A stretch of 64,000 bases of DNA from Chloroflexota bacterium (lineage in GTDB: Bacteria > Chloroflexota > Limnocylindria > Limnocylindrales > CSP1-4). Below are positions 51,622 to 60,669 of the stretch, in pieces. The notes beneath the pieces are model-generated. The model had not been told where the DNA came from. It was given only the letters and a program-made list of their open reading frames with translations, and did not search any database. How positions within the stretch are numbered: position 1 is the first letter of the stretch; every line of letters begins with the position of its first letter. The stretch is from the NCBI GenBank assembly GCA_021789435.1, contig JAJYJO010000003.1:10812-74811 (forward strand). Direction: 5' to 3'. Made by a program: the position numbers and the translations under genes.

Positions 51622-52659
51622 TCACGAGGATGGCCGCCGGACGATCGGCGAGCGAAGCTCGCCGAGCCGCTCGATCGCCAGGACGACCTCATCGCCGGGC
51701 TCGAGATAGCGACCGAGCGTCGCCTCGCGCATCTCCAGCAGGCAGCCGGTGCCGACCGTCCCACTGCCGACCAGCTCGCCCGGGCGGAGCGTGACATCGG
51801 CCGAGGCTCGGGCGAGCATCTGGCCGAAGCTGAAGTGCGCGTCGGCCCAGCAGCCCCGGCTCGTCTCCCGGCCGTTGACCGAGGCGGTCATGCCCAGGTC
51901 GTAGCCGCTGGCCCCCGGGCGGCGAACGTCGGCCAGCTCGTCGGGCGTGACCAGCCACGGACCGAGCGAGGTGGCGAAGTCCTTGCCCTTGGCCGGCCCC
52001 AGGCGGGCCGTCGTCTCATCCCGCTGCAGGTCGCGAGCGGACCAGTCGTTCAGGATCGTGAAGCCGCCGATTGCCTGCTCGGCCGTCGCGGCGTCCAGGT
52101 CACGGGCGGGGGTGTCCACCAGGCCCGCCACTTCCAGCTCGTAGTCCAGCTCGGAGGAGCCGGCGGGAGCCCAGACCGGCTCACCGGGCCCGCGCAACTC
52201 CGAGACGTTGCTGAAGTAGAAGACCGGCAAGCGGTACCAGGCTTCGGGTATCTCCCCGCCGCGGCGGGCCCAGGCCGTCGCAACGTGCCGCTCGAAGGCG
52301 TAGAAGTCCCGCAGGCTGGGTGGGGCGAGCACCGGCCGGCCGAAGACGAGCCCGGCCGCATCGAGCAGGAGGTCCGAGTCCTGCGGGTCCCCGGCACGCC
52401 CGGGATCGGCGACGAAGGGCCCCACCACAGCCCCGAGGGCCGCCACGCGGAGACCCCGGGCCAGGACGTCGTCGAGCGTCGTGATCGGCCGGCGGAAGAG
52501 GGCCGCGCTGTGGGCCAGCCGCGGGTCGTCCGCCGCCAGGTGGCGGCGGGCCGGCTCCAGGTCGAGCCAGCAGGTGGTGCCGCCGCCGCTGAGGGCGGCC
52601 GCCATGCGCCAGGGGGTGCCGGCAGGCGCGTGCCGCTCGCGCACGTGGGCGAGCCTCAT
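51622..52659 (-). CDS. Fumarylacetoacetate hydrolase family protein
   Basis: RDFYAFERH, LDYELE, NDWSARD.Q, KGKDF, GSGTVGTGC; between hppD and hmgA. Confidence 0.9.
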   Translation of the reverse strand: MRLAHVRERHAPAGTPWRMAAALSGGGTTCWLDLEPARRHLAADDPRLAHSAALFRRPITTLDDVLARGLRVAALGAVVGPFVADPGRAGDPQDSDLLLDAAGLVFGRPVLAPPSLRDFYAFERHVATAWARRGGEIPEAWYRLPVFYFSNVSELRGPGEPVWAPAGSSELDYELEVAGLVDTPARDLDAATAEQAIGGFTILNDWSARDLQRDETTARLGPAKGKDFATSLGPWLVTPDELADVRRPGASGYDLGMTASVNGRETSRGCWADAHFSFGQMLARASADVTLRPGELVGSGTVGTGCLLEMREATLGRYLEPGDEVVLAIERLGELRSPIVRRPSS

Positions 52660-52770
52660 GGCCGGGAGCCTGTCGGCCGGGGATGTCGGCCGATGGGAGC
52701 TGGCAGGACGGGGCGGCGGGCACCCCCGGACGCGCTCATTCCATGATGCGCCGGCCGGCCGGCCCTCCTC

Positions 52771-53949
52771 TCACAGGTTGCCGCGCCTCGCCTGCTCTCG
52801 CTCGAGGGCCTCGAAGAGGGCCCTGAAGTTGCCGACGCCGAAACCGCGCGAGCCGTGGCGCTCGATGATCTCGAAGAAGAAGGTCGGCCGATCCTGGATC
52901 GGCCGCGTGAAGATCTGGAGCAGGTAGCCCTCCTCGTCCCGGTCGGCCTCGATCCCCAGCTCCTCGAGCGTCTCGACGGGAACGCCGACGTCGCCGACCC
53001 GCTCGGGCAGCTCCCGGTAGTACTCGTGCGGCATGCCCAGGAACTCGGCGCCGTTCTCGCGGAGGCGGCGAACGGTCTCCACGATCTGCTCGGTCCGGAG
53101 GGCCACGTGCTGGGTCCCCGGAGCGCGGTACCAGTCGAGGAACTCCTGGATCTGGCTCTTCTTGCGCCCGGTCGCCGGCTCGTTGATCGGGAACTTGATC
53201 CGCCCGTTGCCGTTGGTCATCACCTTCGACATGAGCGCGCTGTACTCGGTGTGGATCACCTTGTCGTCGTAGTGGATCAGCTGGCTGAAGCCGAAGACGT
53301 CGCGGTAGAAGGCGACGAAACGATCCATCTCCCCAAGTTCGACGTTGCCGACGCAGTGGTCGACCTCGATCAGGCTGAGGCCCTCGGCGTGGGCCGCCGG
53401 CTTCCGGATCCGGCGGTAGCCAGGTGCGAACATGCCGTGGTAATCGGAACGGTCGACGAAGGAGTGAATGACGTCGCCATAGGTCCGCACCGAGCTCTGC
53501 CGGAGGACGCCGTCGGGGCCGCCGTCGAGCTCCGTCGGGGGGAGGGCGCCGACCGCTCCTCGTGCTGTCGTCTCCTGGTAGGAGGTCGCGACGTCCCGAA
53601 CGCTGAACGCAATGTCGTGGACCCCGTCGCCGTGAAGGCGGACGTGGTCGGCGAGGGGCCCGTCGGGGGTGAGCGGCGCCGTCAGGACGAGTCGGATCCC
53701 GTTCTGGACCATGACGTAGCTGGCCCGGTCGCGAACCCCGGTCTCGAGGCCGGCGAAGGCGACCGGCGTGAAGCCCCATAGTGCCCGGAAGTACGCCGCC
53801 GCCTGGCGGGCGTTGCCGACCCAGAACTCGATGTGGTCGATCCCGTCGAGGGGCAGGAAGTCCCCGGCTTCCGCGTAGGCGTTGGGGTTGACAAGGGCTC
53901 CGGCGGCAGCCGAGGGGGCCACCACCGAACGCTGGACGGTCTCGGTCAT
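52771..53949 (-). CDS. hppD: 4-hydroxyphenylpyruvate dioxygenase
   Basis: DHIEFWVGNA, HGDGV, DHCVGNV, PINEP, SQIQE, QHVAL, GYLLQIFT, FEIIER, GFG.GNFRALFE. Confidence 0.96.
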   Translation of the reverse strand: MTETVQRSVVAPSAAAGALVNPNAYAEAGDFLPLDGIDHIEFWVGNARQAAAYFRALWGFTPVAFAGLETGVRDRASYVMVQNGIRLVLTAPLTPDGPLADHVRLHGDGVHDIAFSVRDVATSYQETTARGAVGALPPTELDGGPDGVLRQSSVRTYGDVIHSFVDRSDYHGMFAPGYRRIRKPAAHAEGLSLIEVDHCVGNVELGEMDRFVAFYRDVFGFSQLIHYDDKVIHTEYSALMSKVMTNGNGRIKFPINEPATGRKKSQIQEFLDWYRAPGTQHVALRTEQIVETVRRLRENGAEFLGMPHEYYRELPERVGDVGVPVETLEELGIEADRDEEGYLLQIFTRPIQDRPTFFFEIIERHGSRGFGVGNFRALFEALEREQARRGNL

Positions 53950-54101
53950 CGCGAGGTCTCCCGTACCGGCACGCGCGACCCCGCGCAGGCCCGCCCGCGG
54001 GTCATCCGGCCCTCGGGTCTCCCGCCGCGCCAGGCGGAGGACGCGCACCCGGCTTTCCGAAGCGACGTGCGACACTGGACGCCGCACGATCAGTAGGTCG
54101 C

Positions 54102-54129
54102 AGTATGGATGCCCGGACGGGACCGTCAA
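54102..54129 (-). promoter_or_regulatory. Candidate promoter for the hppD operon
   Basis: TTGACG (54129-54124), 16-nt spacer, CATACT (54107-54102). Confidence 0.45.
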
Positions 54130-54227
54130 GCGCGCGTCCGGTCGCCCGAGGGCGGGCCGGCGGGCCCGAGGGCGGGCCGGTAATTGTCGCGGCGCAGCGC
54201 CCGCCCAGAGCAGCAGAGGACGCCACG

Positions 54228-54719
54228 ATGACGATTCGAGAGCAGGTCCTGCGGATCCTGGCGGCCCGCGACACGCTCGTGCGGCTGCGCGGCCGCGTGG
54301 AGGCCGGCCAGGAACCTCCCTCGCGCTCAGAGGCGGAGGATGACTGGACGCCTGCCGAGATCCTGGCCCATGTCGGGGAGATGCTGCCCTACTGGCTGGC
54401 GGAGATCGAGCGAGTCCTTGCCGGCAGCCCCGAGCCGGTGCCGTTCGGGCGCACCACTGCGGATCCCATTCGGACATTGACGATCGACCGCGACCGGACA
54501 CTGCCGACCGCGGAACTGTACGAACGGCTCGCCAGCGGGGTCGAGCGCGTGTCGGTCCGGCTTCTCCAGCTCGACGATCGCCAGCTGGCACGTCGCGCCC
54601 TCCATCCGACGCAGGGCGAGATGCCGGTCGAAGCGATCGTGGAGCGCTTCCTCGCCGGGCATCTCGAGGAGCACGCCGCGCAGCTCACCGCCCGCCTCGA
54701 CCGATCCGTCGAGCAGTAG
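54228..54719 (+). CDS. DinB-superfamily protein
   Basis: WTPAEILAHV and HLEEHAAQL (three-His metal site pattern). Confidence 0.8.
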   Translation: MTIREQVLRILAARDTLVRLRGRVEAGQEPPSRSEAEDDWTPAEILAHVGEMLPYWLAEIERVLAGSPEPVPFGRTTADPIRTLTIDRDRTLPTAELYERLASGVERVSVRLLQLDDRQLARRALHPTQGEMPVEAIVERFLAGHLEEHAAQLTARLDRSVEQ

Positions 54720-54830
54720 CCGCCGGACCGGCGGGAAGCCGTTGGGTCCGTTCGACTCTTGCTCCGCCCTGCCGCGCAGGCCAGCATCCCCCCGCGTCCC
54801 GGAGGCCGCCCCGGCGGCGGGAGGCTCACG

Positions 54831-55481
54831 ATGGCGCTGCGCGATCTCAGGCCGGAGCTGCGGCCGCTCTATGCGCCGGGCCGCGAGCCGAGCCTGGTGG
54901 ACGTGCCGGAACTCGCCTACCTCGCGGTGGACGGCAGCGGCGCGCCGGCCGAGGATGCGGCCGGGCCCAGCAGCGAGTTCCAGCAGGCGATCGGAGCGCT
55001 CTACCCGGTGGCCTACACCATCAGGTTCACGCTCCAGCGCGAGCTCGGCATCCGGTCCCCGGTCATGCCCCTGGAGGCGGTCTGGTTCGCCGGCGAGGGC
55101 GGCATCCTGGATCCCTCGATCCCGCCGTCCGCCTGGCGCTGGCGGGCCCTCCTGGTCGTCGCGGACGAGGTGACGGCGGAGATGGCCGAGCGGGCGATCG
55201 CCGAGGCAGGGCGAAAGCGCCCGGGCGCCATGCTGGACCGGCTCCGGTTCGAGCGCTGGCGCGAGGGACCGGCGGCCCAGGTCCTCCACGTGGGCCCGTA
55301 CGCCCAGGAACGGGCGACCGTCGAACGGCTGCTCGCCTTCGTCGCCGGACGGGGCCTCGCCCCGCGCGGCGGGCACCACGAGATCTACCTGGGCGATCCC
55401 CGCCTGGCGGCCCCCGAGAAGCTCCGGACCGTCCTGCGCCAGGCGGTCGAGCCGGCAGCCGTCGCGGCCCGCGTCCGCTGA
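54831..55481 (+). CDS. GyrI-like small-molecule-binding protein
   Basis: YLAVDG.G.P, ALYPVAY, VMPLE..W, HVGPY..E, HHEIYLGDPR..PEKLRTVLRQ. Confidence 0.82.
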   Translation: MALRDLRPELRPLYAPGREPSLVDVPELAYLAVDGSGAPAEDAAGPSSEFQQAIGALYPVAYTIRFTLQRELGIRSPVMPLEAVWFAGEGGILDPSIPPSAWRWRALLVVADEVTAEMAERAIAEAGRKRPGAMLDRLRFERWREGPAAQVLHVGPYAQERATVERLLAFVAGRGLAPRGGHHEIYLGDPRLAAPEKLRTVLRQAVEPAAVAARVR

Positions 55482-55519
55482 TCGGGCTTGTCCGCGGGCC
55501 GCCCTCCTTGAGCCGGTGC

Positions 55520-56497
55520 TCAGGACCGGCCGGTGGCCGGAGCCGAGCTCTCGCGCGTGAGGCTGCGCAGGAGGAACAGCAGGTTCGCCGGCCGTTCGGC
55601 CAGGCGACGCATGAAGTACGGGTACCACTCCGTCCCGTAGGGCACGTAGACGCGGACCGTCCAGCCCTGGGCGGCCAGCCGCTCCTGGAGGTCGCGGCGG
55701 ATGCCGTAGAGCATCTGGAACTCGAAACGTTCGGGGCCGATCGCCTCGCGCTGGGCGATCGAGACCGCGCGCGCGATCAGCCGCTCGTCGTGGGTGGCCA
55801 GGGCCGGGTACTCGCCCTCGACCAGCAGGCGCTCCATCAGGGCGGCGTAGCTGGCGTCCACCTCGGGCTTGGTCGGAAAGGCGACCCCGGCCGGCTCGTT
55901 GTAGGCACCCTTGCAGAGTCGGACGCGCCCGCGCTCGGCGATCAGCCGGTCCACGTCCGCCGAGCTCCGCCGGAGGGCGGCCTGGATCACAACGCCGCTC
56001 GACGCCCCGACGGTGCGGGTGGCCCGCCACAGCTCCAGGGTGGCATCGGTCCGGGTGTGGTCCTCCATGTCGATCCGGACGAAGGCGTTTCGCTCCGCCG
56101 CCCGGGCCAGGATGCGCTCCAGGTTGGCCCGGCAGACCGCCGGATCGACGTCGAGGCCCATCTGGGTCAGCTTCAGGCTGACGTTGGCGTCGAGGCCGCG
56201 GGCGGCGAGCGCGTCGAGCGTTTCCAGGTATCGATCGGCGGCGCTCGTGGCCGCCTCGGCGGAGGTCACCGACTCGCCGAGCACGTCGACGGTCGTCCGC
56301 AGGCCCGCCGCACGCAGGCGGGCCAGGACCAGCAGCGCCGCGTCGAGCGTCTCGCCGGCCACGAACCGGGCGACCATCCGGCGGGTCAGGCGGTTGCCGA
56401 CGGCCATGCGGCCCAGGGAGCGACGCTGCGACAGCGAGATCAGCAGCGACCGGAGGGTGCGCTCCGGCAGCAGGCGGACGCTGGCCGCGAGGCTCAT
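55520..56497 (-). CDS. Monofunctional proline dehydrogenase
   Basis: RFVAGE, DVLGE, SLKLTQMG, RIDME, RLCKGAY.E, ATHD, FQMLYG, YVPYG..WYPYFMRRLAERPAN. Confidence 0.94.
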   Translation of the reverse strand: MSLAASVRLLPERTLRSLLISLSQRRSLGRMAVGNRLTRRMVARFVAGETLDAALLVLARLRAAGLRTTVDVLGESVTSAEAATSAADRYLETLDALAARGLDANVSLKLTQMGLDVDPAVCRANLERILARAAERNAFVRIDMEDHTRTDATLELWRATRTVGASSGVVIQAALRRSSADVDRLIAERGRVRLCKGAYNEPAGVAFPTKPEVDASYAALMERLLVEGEYPALATHDERLIARAVSIAQREAIGPERFEFQMLYGIRRDLQERLAAQGWTVRVYVPYGTEWYPYFMRRLAERPANLLFLLRSLTRESSAPATGRS

Positions 56498-56934
56498 CGG
56501 CCGGCGTCCGGCGGATGGGCCGACCCGCTGCCGCCCTCCTCGTCCGCCGCCTCATCGTCGGCAACCTCGCGCGCCACCGCCGCCACCAGGCCCGCCCCGT
56601 CCCGCTGGAACGTCCGGAGCCGGCCGCGCCGGCGCGCCTCGACCGCGGCCCGGATCCGCTCGATCGGAGGTGAACCCACCGTCTTCCCCGTCGCGTCACG
56701 ATAGGTCCGGCAGGCCAGTCCCACCGGCAGGTCGGGACGCGGGTCCACGTCCTCGCCGTCGATTCGGATCGTGGGCGACCCAGGAAAGCGCAGGAACTCG
56801 GCGTCGTCCTGGGAACCAACCAGGACCACCTGGATCGGCGTCTCGATGATGCTGCCGCGGAGGGCCGCCTCAAGGTCGCGGCGGGCCTGCTCCTGGTGTG
56901 GGCAGCCCTCCACGACGAGGAGCTGCACCTCCAT
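56494..56934 (-). CDS. Thioredoxin-fold protein (DUF2703-like)
   Basis: GCPH, FPGSPTIRIDGEDV, LACRTY; ATGA overlap with proline dehydrogenase. Confidence 0.75.
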   Translation of the reverse strand: MEVQLLVVEGCPHQEQARRDLEAALRGSIIETPIQVVLVGSQDDAEFLRFPGSPTIRIDGEDVDPRPDLPVGLACRTYRDATGKTVGSPPIERIRAAVEARRRGRLRTFQRDGAGLVAAVAREVADDEAADEEGGSGSAHPPDAGR

Positions 56935-56995
56935 CTCAGCCAAGGGCCGTCTCCATCGGCGGGGAATCTACACCGGCCCCGGTCGCGCGTTCTGC

Positions 56996-57637
56996 TCAGC
57001 CGCGCCGGACGGGCCGGGACGGCCTGCCGGGGCCGGGCGGCCGGCCGGGCAGGAGCATCGGCACCCGCTCTGCGTACTCCCGATAGGCCGCCCCGAAGTG
57101 TCGCTCCAGCAGGACCTCCTCCTGGCGCGCCCGGACGACAAAGAGCGGCCAGAGAAGCACGAGGCAGAGCGCCATCACCCAGCTCAGCAGGGCGAGCGCG
57201 CCACCGGCCCAGAGAAGCAGAACGGAGAGGTAGAGCGGATGGCGGACCAGCCGGAACGGCCCGCTCGTGACAAGCCGCGTATCGGGCCGGACCTCCGCCG
57301 CCGAGACCAGCTGGCGGCCCATGGCCCGCAGGCCACAGGCGGCCAGGAGGCCGGCGGCCCACAGCACCCCGATGCCGACCAGGCGGACCGCGTCGTCGTG
57401 CGATCCGGCCGGCGGCCGGATCGTCCCGGCGAGCGAGAGCGCCGAGCCGAGCCCGACGAAGACGAAGGCGCCGATCCCCACGAAGTTGACCAGCCCGACG
57501 GCCCCACCGGCCCGCTCGAGCGGGGCCGGCCGCACCTCGCCGCGCTCGCGGGCCAGGACCAGCAGGCCGACGCAGGCGAGGGAGGTGCTGGCGAGGATGA
57601 CGACCGCGCGGGCGAGCGTCTCGATCGCCTGCTCCAC
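56996..57637 (-). CDS. Isoprenylcysteine carboxyl methyltransferase/PEMT-family membrane protein
   Basis: LVTSGPFRLVRHPLY, EE..L..HFG.AY.EY..RVP; GTG 57637 after GGGAGG. Confidence 0.85.
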   Translation of the reverse strand: MEQAIETLARAVVILASTSLACVGLLVLARERGEVRPAPLERAGGAVGLVNFVGIGAFVFVGLGSALSLAGTIRPPAGSHDDAVRLVGIGVLWAAGLLAACGLRAMGRQLVSAAEVRPDTRLVTSGPFRLVRHPLYLSVLLLWAGGALALLSWVMALCLVLLWPLFVVRARQEEVLLERHFGAAYREYAERVPMLLPGRPPGPGRPSRPVRRG

Positions 57638-57769
57638 CGCCCGACCCTCCCAGCTCTCCGCCTCGGCCAGTATGCGACCGCCTGCCCACCCGGCGCTGTG
57701 CCATCCTTGTCGGTGGGCATCCCCGGGGCGGCCGGAGAGCGGCTGGCAGTGGAGGCGAGACGTATGGCG

Positions 57770-57895
57770 GAGCGGGTGGCGGCGGACCCCCTCGCCGATC
57801 CCGCCGCGATCGGCGACCCGGCCACGGTCCGGCTGGTCGTCAAGGCGGGCAGTGCCGTCAAGGACCTCGACGGACGGGCCCGGCACGTGGCCTGA
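57770..57895 (+). pseudogene. Probable C-terminal remnant of an amidohydrolase gene
   Basis: ...ADPLADPAAIGDPATVRLVVKAGSAVKD resembles the DPL.D...L....V..V.K.G terminal motif; no upstream body. Confidence 0.45.
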
Positions 57896-57899
57896 GCGG

Positions 57900-58526
57900 A
57901 TGGGCCTGGCCGAGGGACCGCAGCACCCTGCGCCCGTCGTCCGGGGCCGGGCCATCCCCACCCTGCCCGGCCTGATCGTGGTGGCGGTCGTGGCGGGCTT
58001 CGCCGGCCTCCTGGCCGGCTGGGAGCTCGCCGGCGGGACGTCCGGCCCACCGCCCACGGCCGGGCCGTCGGCCAGCCCGACTCCCGCGCCCCTCGTGCGC
58101 CCCGCCGCGGTGGCCCCGTCGCTGCGAAGCGCCTGGTCGACCGCCGGCGGCCCCGGCACCTGGCTCGTCTGCCGCCAGGCGACCCGGCTCGACTGCCGGA
58201 CGCTCCGGCCGGTCCAGCTCGCGCCGGCGACCGCCTTCCAGGCCTCCGGCGGCCTCTGGTCGCGGCTCGTCCCCATCGAGATGGAGGTTGGCGGCCGCTT
58301 CGCGGTCGTCGCCGACCTCTCCCACGCGGTGGGCGCGCTCGTCTACCTGGCCCCGCTCACCGGCAGCTGGCAGGAAGCCGCCGCGGTGACGCAGGGCGGC
58401 GGGATCCAGTATGTCGACCTGGGCGTCCTGCCGGCCGGGCGCTACGCCGTCCTGGCCGAGAGCGAGCTGGGGCCGCCGGCTGACGGCCTCGTGGAGGCCT
58501 TCGGCCTGGACGTGACGGCGCCATGA
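57900..58526 (+). CDS. Hypothetical membrane-anchored protein
   Basis: One TM helix, Pro/Ser/Thr linker, then a beta-rich domain with two Cys. Confidence 0.65.
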   Translation: MGLAEGPQHPAPVVRGRAIPTLPGLIVVAVVAGFAGLLAGWELAGGTSGPPPTAGPSASPTPAPLVRPAAVAPSLRSAWSTAGGPGTWLVCRQATRLDCRTLRPVQLAPATAFQASGGLWSRLVPIEMEVGGRFAVVADLSHAVGALVYLAPLTGSWQEAAAVTQGGGIQYVDLGVLPAGRYAVLAESELGPPADGLVEAFGLDVTAP

Positions 58527-58531
58527 GGCAT

Positions 58532-58565
58532 CCGGCAACCATCCGTCGCCGGCAACCATCCGTCG
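58532..58565. repeat. 17-bp tandem duplication
   Basis: CCGGCAACCATCCGTCG present twice, perfect. Confidence 0.85.
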
Positions 58566-58574
58566 TCCGAGGGA

Positions 58575-58859
58575 CCCTCCAATGGCGCCGTCCCGCACGA
58601 GCGCCGGCCAGCGGCCGTCGGGCGACCAGTGGGAATCGCCGGCGGCCTTGCCCGATGCGGTCACCCCGCGCGGGGCCCCCGCCCATGCGGGGCCGGACGC
58701 AGACCTGACGGGCGCCGCCCGCCTCCGCGGTCCAGGCCAGCGAGCGGCCGTCCGGGGAGAGCCGGACTCGCGGGGCGGCTCGCTGGCGGCCGCCTGCTCG
58801 ACCGTGATCGCCGGCCCGAGCTCCCGCGGTGGGCGCCGCGAAGCTCGCGACTCGGCCAT
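58575..58859 (-). pseudogene. Frameshifted N-terminal remnant of an S9 peptidase/TolB-like beta-propeller gene
   Basis: Joining frames gives ..EPPRE/RLSPDGRSLAWTAEAGGARQV..GG/PR.VT....D.HWSPDGRW.ALVRDGAI; starts immediately after the PIG-L stop. Confidence 0.6.
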
Positions 58860-59738
58860 TCAGGACGCGCCGGCGAGCCAGGTCTCGCGTTCGACCCCGG
58901 TCGGAGCCGGGTCGATCCGGACGAAGGTCTCGGCCCCGAAGCGCTCGTCGATCAGGTCGCGCGGCACGTCACCCCAGGCCCGCCCCCGCATCTGGCTGCC
59001 GTGGCAGGCCAGCGCCCGGAGCTTCCGCTCGATCGCCGGCCGGACATCGACCACCGTGCTGATCTCGTCGTCCGGCCGGCTGAGGCGGAGCATCGCCTCG
59101 CGCTGCCGGAGGTCGTCCGGGCCGGGTGGCGGCAGCGGCTGGCCGCTGCGGGCTGCCAGCTCCTCCATCAGTTCCTGCATGTCCCCGACCATGGAGCGGG
59201 CCAGAGCCTGGTGGTAGAGGACGGACGGGCCGCCGGGCAGGCGAGCGGCGCGCCGGTAGGCCTCGGTGGCGAAGCGGGAGACCGCGATGTGGTCGGGATG
59301 GCCGTAGATCCCGCCCGGATCGAAGGTCACGACCACGGCTGGCCGCTGCCGGCGGATCTCGGCCAGGATCCGGCCGATCGCCTCCTCCGGGTCGGCCCGG
59401 CTGAGCGAGCCCTCGGGTGCCCCCCAGCCTTCCATGCCGGAATCGCGATAGCCCAGGAAGACCGGCTCCGCGATCCCCATCGCCGAGCATGCGCACCGGA
59501 GCTCTCCGCGGCGGATCTCCGGGTCCATCGAATGATCGTCGACCGCCTCACCGGGGGCTCCGCCCTGGTCGCCGTCGGTGGCGCAGACGAGCCACGTGGG
59601 GACGTGCCGTTCGGCGGCCAGGGCGAGGGTCCCGCCGCAGCCGAACGCCTCGTCGTCCGGATGGGCGAAGATCGCCAGCAGGCCGCGCGACGGAAGGGTG
59701 TGCGGGTCCGCTCCGACCGCGATGGCGGGCTCGGTCAT
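58860..59738 (-). CDS. PIG-L family deacetylase (MshB/BshB/Mca-like)
   Basis: AHPDDE, ATDGD.G, R..EL, YRDSGM, G.YGHPDH, AL.CH.SQ. Confidence 0.9.
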   Translation of the reverse strand: MTEPAIAVGADPHTLPSRGLLAIFAHPDDEAFGCGGTLALAAERHVPTWLVCATDGDQGGAPGEAVDDHSMDPEIRRGELRCACSAMGIAEPVFLGYRDSGMEGWGAPEGSLSRADPEEAIGRILAEIRRQRPAVVVTFDPGGIYGHPDHIAVSRFATEAYRRAARLPGGPSVLYHQALARSMVGDMQELMEELAARSGQPLPPPGPDDLRQREAMLRLSRPDDEISTVVDVRPAIERKLRALACHGSQMRGRAWGDVPRDLIDERFGAETFVRIDPAPTGVERETWLAGAS

Positions 59739-59769
59739 GGTGCCTCCTCGGGGCCTGGCGCGGCGCGGC

Positions 59770-60630
59770 TCAGCGCCGGGATTCCTCCGGCCGGACGACC
59801 GCCGCCTCAAGCTGGTCGCCCAGCTCGACCGTACGGCGATAGGCGGCCCAGACTGCCTCCGAGAGGACCGTTCGGAGGCGCCCGGACTCGAGCTCGTGAA
59901 GGGCGGCCGCGCTCGTCCCTCCCGGCGAGGTGACCATGTTTCGCAGCTCGGCCGGATGCAGCCCGCTCGACTTGGCGAAGAGCGTGCTGCCCTCCAGGGT
60001 CTCGATCACCAGGTCGTGCGCCACGTGGCGTGGGAAGCCCAGGTGGACCGCCGCGTCGATCAGCGCCTCCATCACCAGGAAGACGTAGGTCGGGCCCGTC
60101 CCGCTGACGGCCGTGGCCATGGCCACCAAACGCTCGTCGTCCACCTCGTACTCCGCGCCGAGGGCACCGAGCAGCGCCCGCGCCTGGGCCCGCTGTTCCT
60201 CGCTCGTCTCCGGGGTGGCGTACCAGACGGTCATGCCGCGCCCGATGCGGGCCGGCGTGTTGGGCATGCTGCGCACGATCCGCCGGTGGCCCAGGAGGCC
60301 TTCGAGCGCGGCCGTCGTGGCGCCGGCGATGATCGAGAGGACCAGCTGCTCCGGGCGGAGGCAGGGCCCGATCTCGCGCCCCACCCGGGAGAGCATCTGG
60401 GGCTTGACGGCCAGCAGGACGACGTCCGAACCGGTCACTGCCCCGGCGTTCGAGGCGGTGACCTGGATCCCGTAGTCGCGCTGGAGCTGATCCCGGCGGT
60501 CGGCTCGCGGATGGCTGGCCACCACCTGCGCGGGCTCGACCAGGCGGCCCCGCAGGAGGCCGGCGATCATCGCCTCGGCCATCACCCCGGAGCCGACCGT
60601 CGCGATCGTGCGCTGCGCGAGCGGGGACAT
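59770..60630 (-). CDS. proC: Pyrroline-5-carboxylate reductase
   Basis: GSGVMA, LAVKPQ, RSMPNTP, SGTGP, VTSPGGTS. Confidence 0.95.
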   Translation of the reverse strand: MSPLAQRTIATVGSGVMAEAMIAGLLRGRLVEPAQVVASHPRADRRDQLQRDYGIQVTASNAGAVTGSDVVLLAVKPQMLSRVGREIGPCLRPEQLVLSIIAGATTAALEGLLGHRRIVRSMPNTPARIGRGMTVWYATPETSEEQRAQARALLGALGAEYEVDDERLVAMATAVSGTGPTYVFLVMEALIDAAVHLGFPRHVAHDLVIETLEGSTLFAKSSGLHPAELRNMVTSPGGTSAAALHELESGRLRTVLSEAVWAAYRRTVELGDQLEAAVVRPEESRR

Positions 60631-60669
60631 CGCGGCCGAGTATACGGCCGCGGTCCGGGCCGGGCCGTC

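Noticed and set aside
48481-52746. 1421-aa plus-strand ORF, and similar giants at 23717-27496, 54327-57704 and most of 17185-20277
   Set aside because: Antisense or off-frame shadows of recognisable genes; Arg/Gly/Pro/Ala-rich with no motifs, as expected at very high GC.
58532-58565. Direct repeat as a possible CRISPR remnant
   Set aside because: Only two adjacent 17-bp units, no spacer and no cas genes.
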